Assembly (NCBI GenBank): GCA_965153455.1
Contig: OZ234493.1
Location: 32,478,213 to 32,542,212, forward strand
Reading direction: 5' to 3'
DNA: 64,000 nt
DNA from: Sphagnum compactum
Lineage: Eukaryota
Part shown: piece by piece, positions 26,672-41,149 of the stretch
Layout: each line of letters opens with the position of its first letter
Position numbering within the stretch: position 1 is the stretch's first letter
Translations under genes and position numbers: made by a program
Notes under the pieces: generated by a model
The model's input: only the letters and a program-made list of their open reading frames with translations
Told to the model about the DNA's origin: nothing
Database searches by the model: none

Positions 26672-29600
26672 CTCGAGAGGGTGGGTGCGTGCGTGCGTGC
26701 ACGTCCGCGGCGATTGCGCAGCCCAAACCTTCACGCAGCAGTGCGTCATGAAGGTTGGATGGAAAAACCAGTTTTCTGTTGGGTTCCAGTTTAAAAAGTA
26801 TGCCGATATTATTAACTCAGTTGATCCACCATGAAGGATGAGGTTCATCCACAAGTGAGTGAGTCATCAGGGCATCATCCAGTGGATGGGTGTGCTAGTG
26901 GGAGCTAGTTCACTCTTTGATGTTAGTTGAGAGGGTGCAGTTAGTTCGTAGCCACTGGGATGGGTAGTGAAGAGAACACAGGAGGACCATTTGGGGGGGG
27001 GGGGGGGGGGGTGGGGAAAAGCAATGCCAAATCATAGTTTGCTTTTTTTCACCATGTCTTTTTGTGGGAACACACTACTAGAATTGGCGTTTATTAACAA
27101 CTTTTGGTGGTATTATTAATTTTGGTGTATTCACCTACTTGCCTCCCACTCAGATAGCCCAACCAAGTTTAACCAACCCCACCAGGCCCCCACCATTTTA
27201 CAAACTATATAAAAAAAAATATAAATTTTAATTTTTTTAAAAAAATTAAATTTTTAAAAAATTATTTTTAAAAAAATAAAAAATAAAAAATAAAATTTTA
27301 ATAAAAATAAGGCTTCTATTATTGGTTTATTTAGGGTGGCCGTTTCTTTTTTAAAAATTGGGGGAAAGTTTCAAAGTTCCTCATCTGAGTGGCATTTAGT
27401 TTTTTCTATTTAAGGGCAACTCTTTTAGACGAGAGTCCACTGTCCAGGGACCACCAATGAATTCAAGCAATCTTATTGGTCAAAAGCTTTAAATTGGTCC
27501 CAAGGCCTTCTTGAGACAAGAGTTTGAGACCCCAAAAAGTGGCAAATTGAGGCTAAAACCTACCTGCCAGGCACCTGTTTTGCAGGGAAAACCAATTAAT
27601 TGGTTTCGACCCAAAAAACAGTGCTTATTCCCTTGCATAGTGGAATATTCCCCATAGGGATTGTGTTCCCAAGTGTAAGGGTGCCTAGGCCTACGGTCGT
27701 GGCCCTAACAGTTTAGGGCACACGCACGCCACCAAGGAAGGCCCAAAGGGCTGGAGGACCTATCTATTGTTCCATTGATACCCATTGACCAAGCCAAAAT
27801 CCAAGTAGCCTGAACAACTAATTGATACCCATGATCAAGGATCTTCTGCACCGCATGACCAATTGTAGGGAATGTCTCATTAACATGGCAACTTGTCGTT
27901 GGATGAGAGCTCACATATCTTGCTGAGGTTCGAAAGTGACCCCATAACCCTCATGTGGGCGGATGAAAAGTTTCATAACCTTCTCATAGACCATAAAAAA
28001 AATTTTAAAATTAAAAAAAAACATATAATCTTTCTTTTCATGGATGAAAATTCATAATCATTCTCTCTTTGGATGACGTATGCCAGAAAAGAAAGAAAGA
28101 GGGAGACGATATGCATCATGAGAGATGATGAGAGGAGGGTCAATCAGAAGTTTGAAAAGTTTTGAACAGAAAGAAAGTTATATCAATGTTAGTACACAAT
28201 AAAAGGTGTCTATGTACGTTAAGTGATTTCACTAGATTTTAAATGAATAATTCATTATTTTTATTTTAAAATTTAATTTAAAAATAATGAATTCATTGGT
28301 CTAGTGAATAGGGACTAGTGAACTGCACCCACATTTTGTATATATATATATATATGATATTTTGCACTTGTCTTTCACTATTTCTGGCCTGGACTTAAAG
28401 CCCTTAAGAGAACACCCTACCTTGTTTGGCAAAGTTTTGTCATTTCTTCGGCTGCCACAGGATAGGGTATGTAAGGCATGTTCATGTTGGTTTGGATTCT
28501 TCAGAATTATTGGGCTGGTGGTATGTTTTGTCCATTATGTCATTTTAATGTAAATTATTATTACAGCCACCTTGGCAGCTTTTGACACTAATTACATTAT
28601 TTGTAGAAATTTTGGAATTTTTTAAATTTTTTTTTCAATGAACACAATTTTTTATGTGATGAAAAATAAAGAATCTTTGAGAATATTAAAGAATACCATT
28701 AACTCTATTTATATACAACATGGAATCTTGAAAATTGATTTAGTTGTTGGACATACATACACAAGTGTGGAAGTTGATTCCTTCCGTACAACAAGAGTGA
28801 AGAAGCTGTAGTCCTTTGTATAATCCTTATATATCATACTTGATAATTTTGAATAAAATTCCATACTCTGGAGTGAAATTTACGAGTGTGATGGAAAAGT
28901 GGTTATGCATGAGCCAGAGAGTGTACCAACACCCCCACCAGCACAAAAACATTATCCACTGGATGCCTGTTATGGCTCTCTGTTGTGGACAAACCTCAAA
29001 AGAAGAGTAAATATCTGGTTTTATCTCGGTAACCCATTATTACGGAAGAAGTAGGTCCTACATATATATAGTAGGTAAACAAGGGGTGCGTCACACTAAG
29101 GCCTTGCCATTTACATTAAAAAGTATCTTAAGGCAAGAAAAAATGTAATTATGGCGAACCCTGAAAAGGTGCTTAGATATTTGGATGCAATCACCTGGAA
29201 CAATCCTTATGGCCAGTCAATCAAAAGCACTCACTTTCTTTTACTGGACCATTTGATCCCTTTACTGAGTATGGAAACTGGAATTATGTTTTCTCACAAC
29301 ATGTCTAGACTCCAGATTCCAAAATGCAAACTCAAAGTCACACTATTGACAAAAAAATCATACTTCATCCAAAAAAAGCTTTTACAAGCCATTATACTGA
29401 TGTGGGTGGAGATGCTCTAAAGGCCAAAAACTCTGATTGATGAGAGTTTTTCTGGTTGCAGTCAAGATTTCCATGATTACCATATGTACCCATCTGCTCA
29501 GTTGACTTGGACTGAGTCAGATATATATATGTTAAGTTATTATTTATGAAAATGCAACTCATGAGTAATGGATTTGTCAATTTGATCTCTTGAATTATTA

Positions 29601-32600
29601 TAACTCCCATTATTGTTCTCACATCCCTTGATTTTGGGGTTCAGTTTCATCATGACCAATTTCATGATTGATTATTATTCTTCATACCATATTGGACAAG
29701 AAGTTGGAACAGTTCTCTCTCTCTGCCTACCTACCTATTATGCACACAATTCAAACACCACTCTCTCATCAACATTGCTCCAAAAATGGAGGGTTAAGAG
29801 TTTAAGAGTTGGATCTCCTCAACCCTCTAACCTTATTAGATTGTCTCTATTAGATTTTCTTACCTCCTCATCTCCTGCTTTTGAGCAGATTTCATCTTTC
29901 TATTGTTTCTTTTAATCTTCATCTTCTTCATCTTTGTGAACAATTTCCTTTCAGGCACTCTTTTTTGTTGGCCTTGCCTACCAAGGCAATAAGGATATTG
30001 TGTTGAGATTCATTATAAAGTATAGTAGCTTAGGGGATTTTTATAGGCCCCTAGGTAGTTGGTTTATTTTTATATGAGGATTTTTGAAACATAAAATATT
30101 TTTGGCTTGCATTGAAACTTGAAATTAATTATAGAGTTATGATATCTTGAAGGAATTTTGGTTTCTTTTACAGGATTTTTTTGAAGATTTTATTTTTGCA
30201 TGGTGAAATATTTGAATTTTCATAATTTTTCTTTTGCCTTAAAATACTTTTTAGTGTAAATGGCAAGGCCACGGTGTGGCACACCCCTTGTTTCTATAAA
30301 TTCAGTTTTGAGTTGTCTTTCCGACATTTTTCTTTTGAATCATATTCTCTTTCTAAGAATTGTACATTCCAGATTTTTTACTTTTTTTTTTTTTTTTTCC
30401 ATGCCATAATCATTTCTCCCAATGGGGAAAATTTCAGAATTGGGAATATGAAGAATAAGAAATAATCATAATATTATCTCTTCTCTCAAACATTGTGAGG
30501 TTTACAGGTTCAAAGTTCAAACCTCCCTTATCACAAAAAGGTGCATCTTGTCATTTCAATAGGGTTTAGTCATCAAAGATCCAAACCTAACATAACCAAA
30601 CAAGCACCCTTTCTAGGACTCGTATTCAATGGAAAGTATCCTAAAGTTTTTTTTGTGTCTATTTAGTTGGACAAAATGCAAACTTATATTGATGTCCATC
30701 GATGATATGACTTATGAATTTGAATGAATTGTTTGTTAAGTTGTTTTACAAAATAGTGCATTTTATTTGCCCCTCTCCCCTCCAAATTTCAATATCAATA
30801 CAAATCCATTGATTTTATTATTAAAGCGTTTCATTTGGGTTTTGAACTCCTATTCAAAATACATTATGTGGAATAAAATATTATTTTAGAACATGATCAT
30901 ATGATTGACATAAAATAGCAATAAGCTGAGTACTTTATATATATATATATTCCAATGTGCAAGAATAATACATCCCCAAAACATTCAAGCATGCTTCTTT
31001 TAAAGTATATTCATATTTAAAGTGTTATTTTGTCCCTTTTTCATGCAATATATTGGTTCAAGTGAGAAACAATGAGTCAATGTGTTTCTTTTAAACTAAA
31101 GACTATTATTTATTTAAGGTCCTTTTGTCCAAAAAAATTTTATAAACTTTTGTTAGGCATCAAAAAGTTTGTAAATAAGGAAAATCAAGGGCCCTTGTGA
31201 AAATAGTGTTGTTTAACAAAACACTTGCTCTATCTTAAACATTTTTTGCTCAAACAAAAGATTAAAATTGGAACATTTAATGATTCAATTTAGATTTCAT
31301 AACATCCATATTAATCATAAAACATAACTTGCCATAATGAACATGTCACTAAAATGACATAACATAAGCATGTGTAATAAGGATTGCAATTTATTTGACA
31401 TGTTTGACATAGTTTTTGGCTCATTGTTTCTTGTTTGGACCCATATTTTCATTATTTAATATAGAATTTAATAAAACCATTGATATTGAGTTTAATGTTG
31501 AATCTTAAAAGAAATAAAAAGAAATAAAAATTTGGTCTATTTCATTCGAACATATTTTTAAATACAAAACCTTGTAACAAATCTTCAAATTACTTGGAAT
31601 GTCTTTCATATAGAGTAATTGTTAAAATTCTAGCCTTTTATGATAACCTCATTCAATGCTCATGAATTTATTTTGATGTTTTTTTTTTGCAAGGGTTGTT
31701 CCATATCAATATTAATCTTGAACATGGATCCTATTCGGTCAATGAATGCCAATATTTAAGCTGTTGAATAGGCAATATTTGAATATGTGTTTTAAAATAC
31801 CACCAATCAATTCTATATTATGTATGATAAAACACCTTTCATTCCATATTGGTCTCAAATTATTTTTGGTAGATAATTAAATTTTGATAAATTGTGGTTA
31901 GAGTTAGATGACTTTTCAATTGGACTAAGAAATGCAATTCAATATGAGGTTTTAATTATATATGACATATCAATTACAATGTATGTATCAATGACATATT
32001 TAATTGGCATCTTAGTGTTCACCATGTATTCCTCGAGTTGTTTTCAAATTTTGCCCAAAGTTCTGTTCTCATAACTTATATCTAGATGAATGCATTTTAA
32101 TCAATGGACCAAAAATGGCACACATGAAGGCCATGGTTTTTTTTTTTAAAAATTTTAATTCCAATATTTGGTATTTTGGGAATGTAAAATTGTCCATTTG
32201 AAAATAAGAGGCAAATGGAATATCTAAACCTTAAACTTACAAGTTTTATATTGTGACGCATGTTTTGATTTGATCAACTAGGAAAAAAACTAAAAGCAAA
32301 ACCATGAGTTTTTCAAATTTCATAGTTGGCCAATGTTATGTGGGATTTTTTAATTTTTTTTACAAAACAACAATTCAAAAAAAAAATCATTTCAATACAT
32401 CATGAACTTTATTATTTTGACAATCTTACAAAAAACTAATAAATTAAAATATTAAATTTGCTTGTAAAGCTTTATTTTAGCATTATTAGGGGGAAAAAAG
32501 CAACAATTCACACATGTTTATTATATAATAAAATTTCATAACACTTTTTATGAACCATGACTGAAAATGTTACATCATTTAAAAAGTTCACCTCGTAATG

Positions 32601-33332
32601 AAATGATTGGTATTTTATTTTCAAATTCTTAAATTTGATTTTACAAGTGCATGAAATCTAATAGCAACAAAGCAAACATGACACAACAGCAGACAGTGTA
32701 GTTGATTTAAGCATTGATACTGGCAGAGAGATCAAGAGCATAGTGCACAGTTACTATTTGAAATTGTTGTGATGTGGAGATTCAGAGTTTGGAGCCATTT
32801 TGAACTGTGACACAAATCGGTGACCAAATGCACTGCAGCCCCAGCCAATCCAGACTGAAGATGCTTCTTGCCTCTTTTTTTTTTTCCTAGAGTCCTGTGC
32901 AACTATGGTGCAGAGCAACAATCATCCTAAAGTCTGGAAACATTGTGAGAGAAGCAACACAACTGGTTGGCTTCATGATCAAGTCATTCTTCATTAAGAG
33001 GGAAGGCAGCTAGAAGATTTGGGACTGCAGATAAAACAGCAACCATAATTTACCTTTGAGTTTCTTGGAGGTAAGATGTTTCAGCAGAACATTAGTGATA
33101 TGCCAACTGCAATATGCATGCAAGGAACACCAGAATCTATAAATTGTTGGACCTGGCTGTACATTTGCATGCTACGGGATCTCTGAAACAGATTCTACTG
33201 CATATTCAGAGCAGTAAAAACTGGCCCTGTTACTCAACTGCTCTAGGTCATGAAGAGTCAAAAAGACTACCCCAACACACAGAAGGTTGAGGTTTCTTGA
33301 TGAAGGAATGTGGCAAACATCACCATTGAAGA

Positions 33333-36300
33333 TCATATTGCCAAATTATCTTCTTTGATTTCAGCTCCACTCCCATAACCATGTATTCCATTCAAGGTAC
33401 TTTCCACATTTCTACCTCCCTTAACCTCCAAACTTTCAGCTCTTTCCGGACCCTCCCTGTCCAGCAACACCTCTCCACCTTCCCCAACCACATTGGCCGT
33501 CTCATCATCATCATCATCCATAACAATAGCCTGTTCAACATATTCTTCAATGTTCTCATCCCCTTTGGGATCCCCCCTTACAGTGTTATGGTCCTTGAAG
33601 GAATCCCCACCTTCATCTGTCCCAATGTCAGCCTCAGCATGTGTGTTTGAAACATTGTTGGCTCGTCTTGACTGCCATCTTTCAATTTCCAACTCCAAAT
33701 TAGCCACATGATCTGCAGCCACTTGCTTTCGATACTCATTCAGCTCTTCTTGACACTTGACTTTCCACCCTTCCAGTCCCTGCAACAAGAACAAACATCC
33801 CATTATATCAACTATGTCACCCCAGTTCTCTTCGCAGTAGACAGCCACAAATGCAAGTTATGATGGTGGAGGCTCTTGTGCTAGGATCCCAGACAGTGCA
33901 ATGTGTACCCTTGCACGCTTTGGATCCCTGGCCAACCTATCTAGTAGATTGCAGAAAAACTCCACAATAACAGTTTCTATGCAATCACAGTGTCAGCTCC
34001 AACAAAACCAAAATGAGCACCAGAAGAACAATGTGGTCATAATCTTGTGAGTGTCACTCACAACATGTCGGACCACCACATTCATCATCACAGAAGTGAC
34101 TCCCCACTGACTTCATCAGCTCCCAACAGTATGTGTAGATAAGCATACAATTATCTGCCCAAAATACTGGGCACACAATTATATAAAATATGTGTTCAGA
34201 GTTTCTGCTGCTTTTCCAGAAGCAAAAGGACGATTCTCAGTCATGATGTTGACTAGAATTCAAGTGGCATAGCTAATAAAAAGAGTCAATAGTGTCCTCC
34301 TCCAAGCAGCAACAAGCATGTGCAGGTAAGCTTCATTCCATTTTTGCTTGCCCATATACAAGCAAGTGTCAAAAACCTGATGTACAGACAGGCCTCAATA
34401 GAGGGCAGTGGTTGGGGCCTCCTGCAGCCTGAACATATCCTATAAGGATACCACTGATGGCTACTGTAGGTCTTTAGACAATAATGGCAACATTGAGGAA
34501 AGTTTTAGAACCTGAAGAGTTCAGTTAACAGTGTACCTGTTGAGACTCCTGTAATAGTTTGTCTGTCTCCTCAGAAGGCTTGGCAGGCATAAAATAAATT
34601 GCAGGCTCTGCTGTTGTTCTGTCCAAAGTCCACAGAGAAGTCCATACAAATATGAGCATCTCAGGAGTAGCATATATTACAAAAATAGGCCAGTTCAGCT
34701 GAAAATAACAATGCCAGCTGACACCCTTAGTAGAAATTCCTCAAGGACTGTACTAGTACACTTTCATTGTCAGAACAATGTGTCAATTCATCCCTGCTAT
34801 GGTCAAACTTTCTGCAGACAACTTCCTGCGTTAATGAAACTAAACCTACAACCACGTTCCGAGAGAACAAATGAGACCAACCGTAGAAAGGAGCAAAGGT
34901 GAGTATGATGCTCTGTCCACTGTAAAAAGAGTAGTTCGAGTTGCTTCTCATCTGCCTGAGCTGCCAGATTTGCTCTCAATGTCTGTGTACCACAACCATC
35001 ATATGCACAGAGCTCACACATAATTAGCACCTTGAGTCAACTCTAATGTGAATCCTTGTAGCTTGTAAAAAAGAACAAAACAAACACATCACAGAAACAG
35101 AAGGAATTGCTCTGAAGATACTTTGGGTCAAAGTAGGTATGAATTATACCAGGTCATTTTTACGTTTCTCAGCAAGCTGTTCACGCTCCTGTTGTCGCAA
35201 GCGCTCACTTTCCTCTTGTGCTTTCTGCTCAGCCTGCCACAGACCAAATCCAAGATGAATGAAACTCTCCAACCGACTTCAGTACACTTGCTTGCTGTCT
35301 GTTCACTGCCCTAACCCACAGGCAACCTGAGGCTATTAAAAGTAGAACCATTTGGTCATTTGATACTCAAGAGTTCAAGCATTCACATCTTCAATACCCT
35401 AGGACATTCCATCACAGCAAGAAGCTCACCCGCTTCAAGGAATCAGATCTCCGCATGAATGCCTCTGACCCAGAGAGTTTTTGATCCTCCTGCCTGAATT
35501 TCTGCATAGCCCAACAATACTTGTGACTCATCAGCCATGTGTCCATGTGTGCATAACTCCCAGAAGTTAACTTTGGGCACTGTAATTCCATGAGATTTCC
35601 CTCAATACCTTCTTGACTTTCCATGCAACCTTTACCCTCCTCCACCAATTTCTCTCCCTAGATCAGAATGCAGTGATGTTCACCTCACTTTTTGATTAAC
35701 TATCAGAGAGACAGAAATTTCCACAAGAGTTTCAATCAGCAGAAATCTTTCAATGCAGTCCTCATTAATGATGTCTAGACTATCCCTGAGGATTCTATGA
35801 CACTTCTATCTCCAGGAAAGGATATCACTTGCACAACTCAAGATGTGACATAGATACACAAAACTGTTGCACTTATGGTGGAAAATGTCAACAAGACTCA
35901 CACTTTTCAATGTCATTTGTTATCTATATTGACAATGTAGAACATGAGACCTAGAACAGGAGAGGGGAGGAATATCTACCTCAAGAGTCCCTATGAGTGC
36001 CCCAAACATGCGACGGTTTCGTTTTGCTAGGTTGGGATCATTCATCTTTGGTAAAATCCTTGGCAATGGCTCTGCAAGTAGTGTTCCTTCCTGCAAATCC
36101 ATGTCAAACATTGTTATTTTTGATGACCGATCCATACAAATAAACTGAATTGGTTTTCAATTTAAGGCAAATTTGCTTAGGACAGGCTTTCTGATCTTAT
36201 TATATTATGTCTTCATTTTCCTGAAGGGAAAAATTAAGTCATCAATCCAAGGAGGTTTCCATGTTTAAATACAGAATTTGTTTAAATACAGGGACTAGTT

Positions 36301-38514
36301 AAGTATGCCAAACTCAACATGAAAGTCTTTCTGGTACTAGCACATGAGAAGGAGCTATGTAGCGCATGCCATAAGTGTCTGCCAACTCTATACAGTGATC
36401 AGACATTTGGGCCAGATTGAACATCTCCTAGTAAAGCTTCAGCTTCATCCTCATAGAAGACAAGACCAGGAAAAGTTAACTCCAACACCAAGACACTTAC
36501 ATGTTGACTTGCTGGAGTGCTAACACGCACAAGAAAGCCTCTGTCCCTGTGACGAATCTCCCGAGGGCGATCATTGTGTGGATAAGGACGAGCCTTGTTG
36601 TTGGCATCAGAAAGTGGACCATCCTTCATTCGTGCTTGAGGATCCACTGATGCCAGAGGATGAGAGTCATCAGTATTATAATTACGTTGAAGAGTTGGCC
36701 GTCGATCTGCTACATCAGTCTCTTCATCTGCATCCTCCTTCTCGGGTTCTTCTTCATCAAAGCCCTCCTTTTCCTTTTCCTTTTCCTTTTCTGCAACAGT
36801 GTCTTGTTCGTCTTCAACCTGGAGAAAACAGTCAAATCAGGACAAAACACCCTAAGGAACACACAAAGAAACTAATGAAGAACTTGTCATCAAGAAGCGC
36901 AAGAAAGATCAGCTGATCAAACACCATCATTTTGACAATACCTCCCACAAACACATCTACCATGACCTTGCAGCTACAAAATTCCAATGAAAAAATTATC
37001 ACTAACAAACCAAGATCTCTGCAATAGGTTCCCCTCAGAAACTCAAAATTGCAGTTGTGACTGAGTAGCTAACTGAGCCTTACAGAATAAATGCTCATCA
37101 AGACCTAAAATTGGGAGGATCCCAGGGGAAAAGCATGTGAACTAAACCTGCACCCAGTAAGCCAGTTACATACTAGACCTCTAATTCACACACCTTCACA
37201 ACAGCTGAGAGCAGCCGTCTCTTTCTGGGAGGCTGATCTTCTGCATTGAAAACCTCCCCCTGCCGTCATCCACCCCAACAGGTCAGCCTTGCAGATAATA
37301 CACCACCTTGGCTCAAACTTACAGCATCACTTAATGACTGTCATCTTACTTACACACATGCAAATGCCTGGAAGACTGAGATTGAAACCCTAACATGATG
37401 CTCAATTCTTGTTCTTCAGACACTCTTATATCCCCCTGATCCATAGTTCCATAGAGAAGAAGTAAAGGACACAAGAAAGATGTTTCTAACTGATTTCCAG
37501 TGTCTATATGAGTATGCAAAGCCAAAATATGAAAATGACATACTCACCTGCCTGATGAAGCCCCGCTGGGGTCCATTGTGACCAAGTGCATGAAGTGCAT
37601 TTGAACCCAAGTTTCGCACATTCCCTCCTGGAGGACCTCCCTTGCGGAGCCCTCGTGGATCCCGCAATCGTTCTGTTATCTATTCTCCAATCAGCCAGCA
37701 CAAAACCAAATGAGATCTACTGATTGGTTTCAGACCACAAGTCCTGGTTTGCAATGGCATCACAAGTGCTGCTGTGGGCAGCTCAGCTGAGTGGCTCATT
37801 TACAGTACAAAGCCTCAATTCAGTATGCCAAACAAAGCTCACTCTGATGATATGGCATTCTCTTAACATCGAGGGAGTTGGTTTTGTAGTATCCCAGCAT
37901 AGCAACAAACTTCAACCTCTATGCAAAAGGTCATCTCAGCCTATGTCCATGACACACAGGTGTCTAAGGCAAGCCTTCCTTTCGGGGACCCTTGAAACAA
38001 GTTACATGGGGGACCTCATGGCATTCTGTTCGGTAATGATCGATGCCGTTAGGCATGGCTGCCGCATTGCTCAGACTTAGGTTTAACTTTGCCTTTCACA
38101 GTTTCCATCCGTATCAATCCTGTGCCGAGTTCTGCCGCATCCAGAAAAGCGCGAGTCCAAAAACAGGCCCAAAAACTACCACCGCAAACCCCAATTCTGA
38201 CCCCGGATCGTATAACTTCATATACCTCTCAAATTTAGTGAACTAGGGTTGGAGCAACAAGCGCCATGAGACAAATCAGAGCAACACCGACTTCTGCGAG
38301 AAGCTTGAGCCCACAGCACAGATGGCGCGCTCTCCCGTCGAATCCCAGTTAGGTCGACCAATTTCTTGATGAGAGCAATGATAGGGGAATGAACAAGCAC
38401 AAGAAGACGAAGGAGGAGGAGGAGGAGGAGACAAACCTCTCGTTGTTGGCGATGAAGCTCCTCAATCTCCCGCCGCAAATCCTCCGCCGACTTGGCGAGC
38501 TCGACGGCGGCCAT
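33333..38514 (-). CDS. Pinin-like protein (Pinin/SDK/memA domain; splicing/EJC-associated), about 496 aa
   Basis: Exons 38514-38437, 37679-37548, 37259-37194, 36818-36501 (alternative donor 36531), 36090-35980, 35501-35430, 35233-35150, 34982-34882, 34618-34537 and 33779-33333, all GT-AG and in phase. Motifs: EDLRREIEELHRQQREITERLRDPRGLR, EDQPPRKRRLLSAVVK, RNRRMFGALIGTLEKF, FLRTTAEPAIYFMP, followed by an acidic C-terminal tail. Confidence 0.9.
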
Positions 38515-39269
38515 GATGGAGTTGTTCTCCTGCTGCGTGCTCAACTAGCCGACGCCAGTGTGGTAGGGTGCAATGGAGCAGCGCGGGTAACAACAGCGAT
38601 GGTAGGAATGAGCAGCACATCTAAGTTAGAGCCTTGGCCTAGGTCTGACATTTCCTGGCTCTCTCTATTTGTGTTCACACTAAAACCCCAATTGTGGCCA
38701 TATTATGAACAGGGTTGTTGTTTTCTTTCTTTCTTTCTTCCTTTCCAATTTTTTGATATGAAAAAAATTGGCGATTTTTTTCAAAACCATAGCAAAATTA
38801 GTCACTTTTACAATACAATTTATTCTATATATCCAATTTTTAAATTTTTGAACTTACAACAAAATTTGTCCCTAAAATCACTAATTATAAATGTAACAAT
38901 TGAAAGGAGTTCTTAAATTCTATTGTTCTTTTAACAATTTTATGAATTTCATTTTGCTAGATAATACCCCCACTTTGCACTACATACCAAATGGTGTTTC
39001 CATAAATCGTATATATTTAATACAATACCATTCACCACCTAATGTTAATTCAATGGGTAACACTATTTTATTTTAATTTTTTTTGAAGCAAAACAAAAAG
39101 ACCTAACTAAAAACTTGACAAAGCCCAATATTGGCAACATTAAATTTATAAGAAAACATATATATTTGAGGACCAAAACTTAATGTTATGTAAAATGTAA
39201 AAAATGCAAGGAAGTAATTCAATGTTTATAAGTTACATAATTTGTCCTCCCTCTTCATCATCATCCTTT

Positions 39270-40155
39270 AGACATTTGTTATTTATGTTTTTCTTTTACA
39301 AAGAAGTTCCAAATGAGAATGTTAACCCTCCTCCTTGAAAGGGGTCATCATTTATCATATTAGAAAATACACCTTCACATCCACAAGGTATTGAAGAAAG
39401 GGTCCATTTGTTATGCCCCTATCAACATCTAATAAGCTCCTATATTGTGCATGTTTATCAAACATGACTTTCTCAAGATTCGGGAATCATTGATTGACCC
39501 AAGCAAACCCACATACACATTTGTAAACATTTTATTTCAATCTATAATTGCTTGGGTTATAATGATGTATCCACTTGCCTTGAAATAATAATAATAATCA
39601 CTTGCAATAGGAATGTGGATCCCATCAATGAATACCTAAACACAAAGCTATCCACACCAACTTTGAACCACTTCATAACAATTTACACTTTTGCATCTAT
39701 TGAGCCATGAAAGAAAAACCTATACACCAACATGGACAACATACACAACCTCTCAAAGCCCCAAGAAATGATAAATTCACCAATGGCAAACAACTCACTA
39801 TAAATCGAAAGGTTGGCACCTTGTTCAATCTTGTAAATTGCACAAGCTACTCATACTCCAATAGCAATAGCTTTACAATATTTTGTGTCTTGCTTAATCA
39901 TCAATGGCTTCACTTTCTCAAACCATTGGAAACAAAGTAGTTTTGTTCATTCAAATATTCTCAACCCATCTCTCGTCATATTTTGTCATAATGAAATGGA
40001 AAAACCAAACTTCATCAATTTGGGTTTTACCCATTGACCTTGATATGAACTTAAAAACCTATTCATTGTTAACAAACAATGAACATCTAAAGAATATGTT
40101 ACCAAAGTGCAATGGGCTTGTGTATGGAATCTTTTGCACAATTTGAAGATTGTTC
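39270..40155 (-). pseudogene. Decayed PIF/Harbinger DDE transposase (HARBI1-like) relic
   Basis: Minus-strand fragments broken by stops and frameshifts: WVKPK, KQDTKYCKAIAIGV*VACAIYKIEQGANLSIYSELFAIG, FIDGIHIP (about 39609-39632), TQAIID*NKMFTNVYVGLLGSINDSRILRKS, MMTPFKEE. These match Harbinger IDGTH, PGSxxDSR and GYP..MTP motifs. Confidence 0.8.
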
Positions 40156-41149
40156 ATCAAAGTCCAAGAGATAAATGTTGGCATCTAGGTGTATTAACAT
40201 TATTGGGAGCCTTTTTTTTAAACAAATGTTTTTTTTTTTTTGGAAATATGGCTTGAAAATGAATGCACGATAAAACCTTGTAATTTTTTTTTGCACAGGT
40301 CTTTTCATTATGTATTATGTTGTTAAAATCCAAAGTATGAGTGTCATGGGCACAAATATTATGAAAAAAATGGGCTTTCAAAAATAAATCAATAAACCAA
40401 GACAAATTGTGACAAAAATAATCCTAAATCTAAGTTCAAACATAGAACATGGACATCAAAGATAAGAACACAAAGTATGTAGGATAAAAGTGCAAACAAA
40501 ATTTTATTATGATCATAATATGAAATGAAATGAACAAGGTTATGGTGCAAGATCGTACTTTAAATTGATGTTGAATAAATTGACAGTAATGGGGGACCTT
40601 ACTTTTATTTATATTTCTTTAGGTACCTAGATTGAAAAAGCTTTCATGAAAGCTTCCATATGTTCATTGTCCAAATAATCTTCTTGATTATAAATGAATG
40701 AACTACAAATGAATCAACAGTCAACAATGGATGAATTAAAAATAATTTACAAATGTATAATGAATGAATAAACATTTCCATTATTTTTGGATCTAGTTGG
40801 TTTTAGTGCAAAAGGATTAGTTGATTAGGACATATTTAGTGAAACCATGTTTGGTCATTTCAAAAGTGGCATATTTGATTAGGTGATTCAACTATTTTTT
40901 AAATAAAAAATTTGAATTCCCAAAATAAATGATGCAGACTAGTGGAAAATGTTATAAAAACATCAATGTGGCTTTTCATTTAAAATTTAATGCACCTTTT
41001 CATTAACAATTATTTTAATAAGGAATTCACATGGCCCCCTAAAGCATACTAAAAAAATTATTACCCATTTAAAAACGACATGTGACAACTTAGAGCTAAC
41101 AAATTAGTTTTTTGGCCCAATTGGGTGATGTTATGTGACAACAACTTAG

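Noticed and set aside
38389..38916. 175-aa plus-strand ORF
   Set aside because: Antisense to pinin exon 1 and its upstream region, running into an AT-rich repeat, with no protein features.
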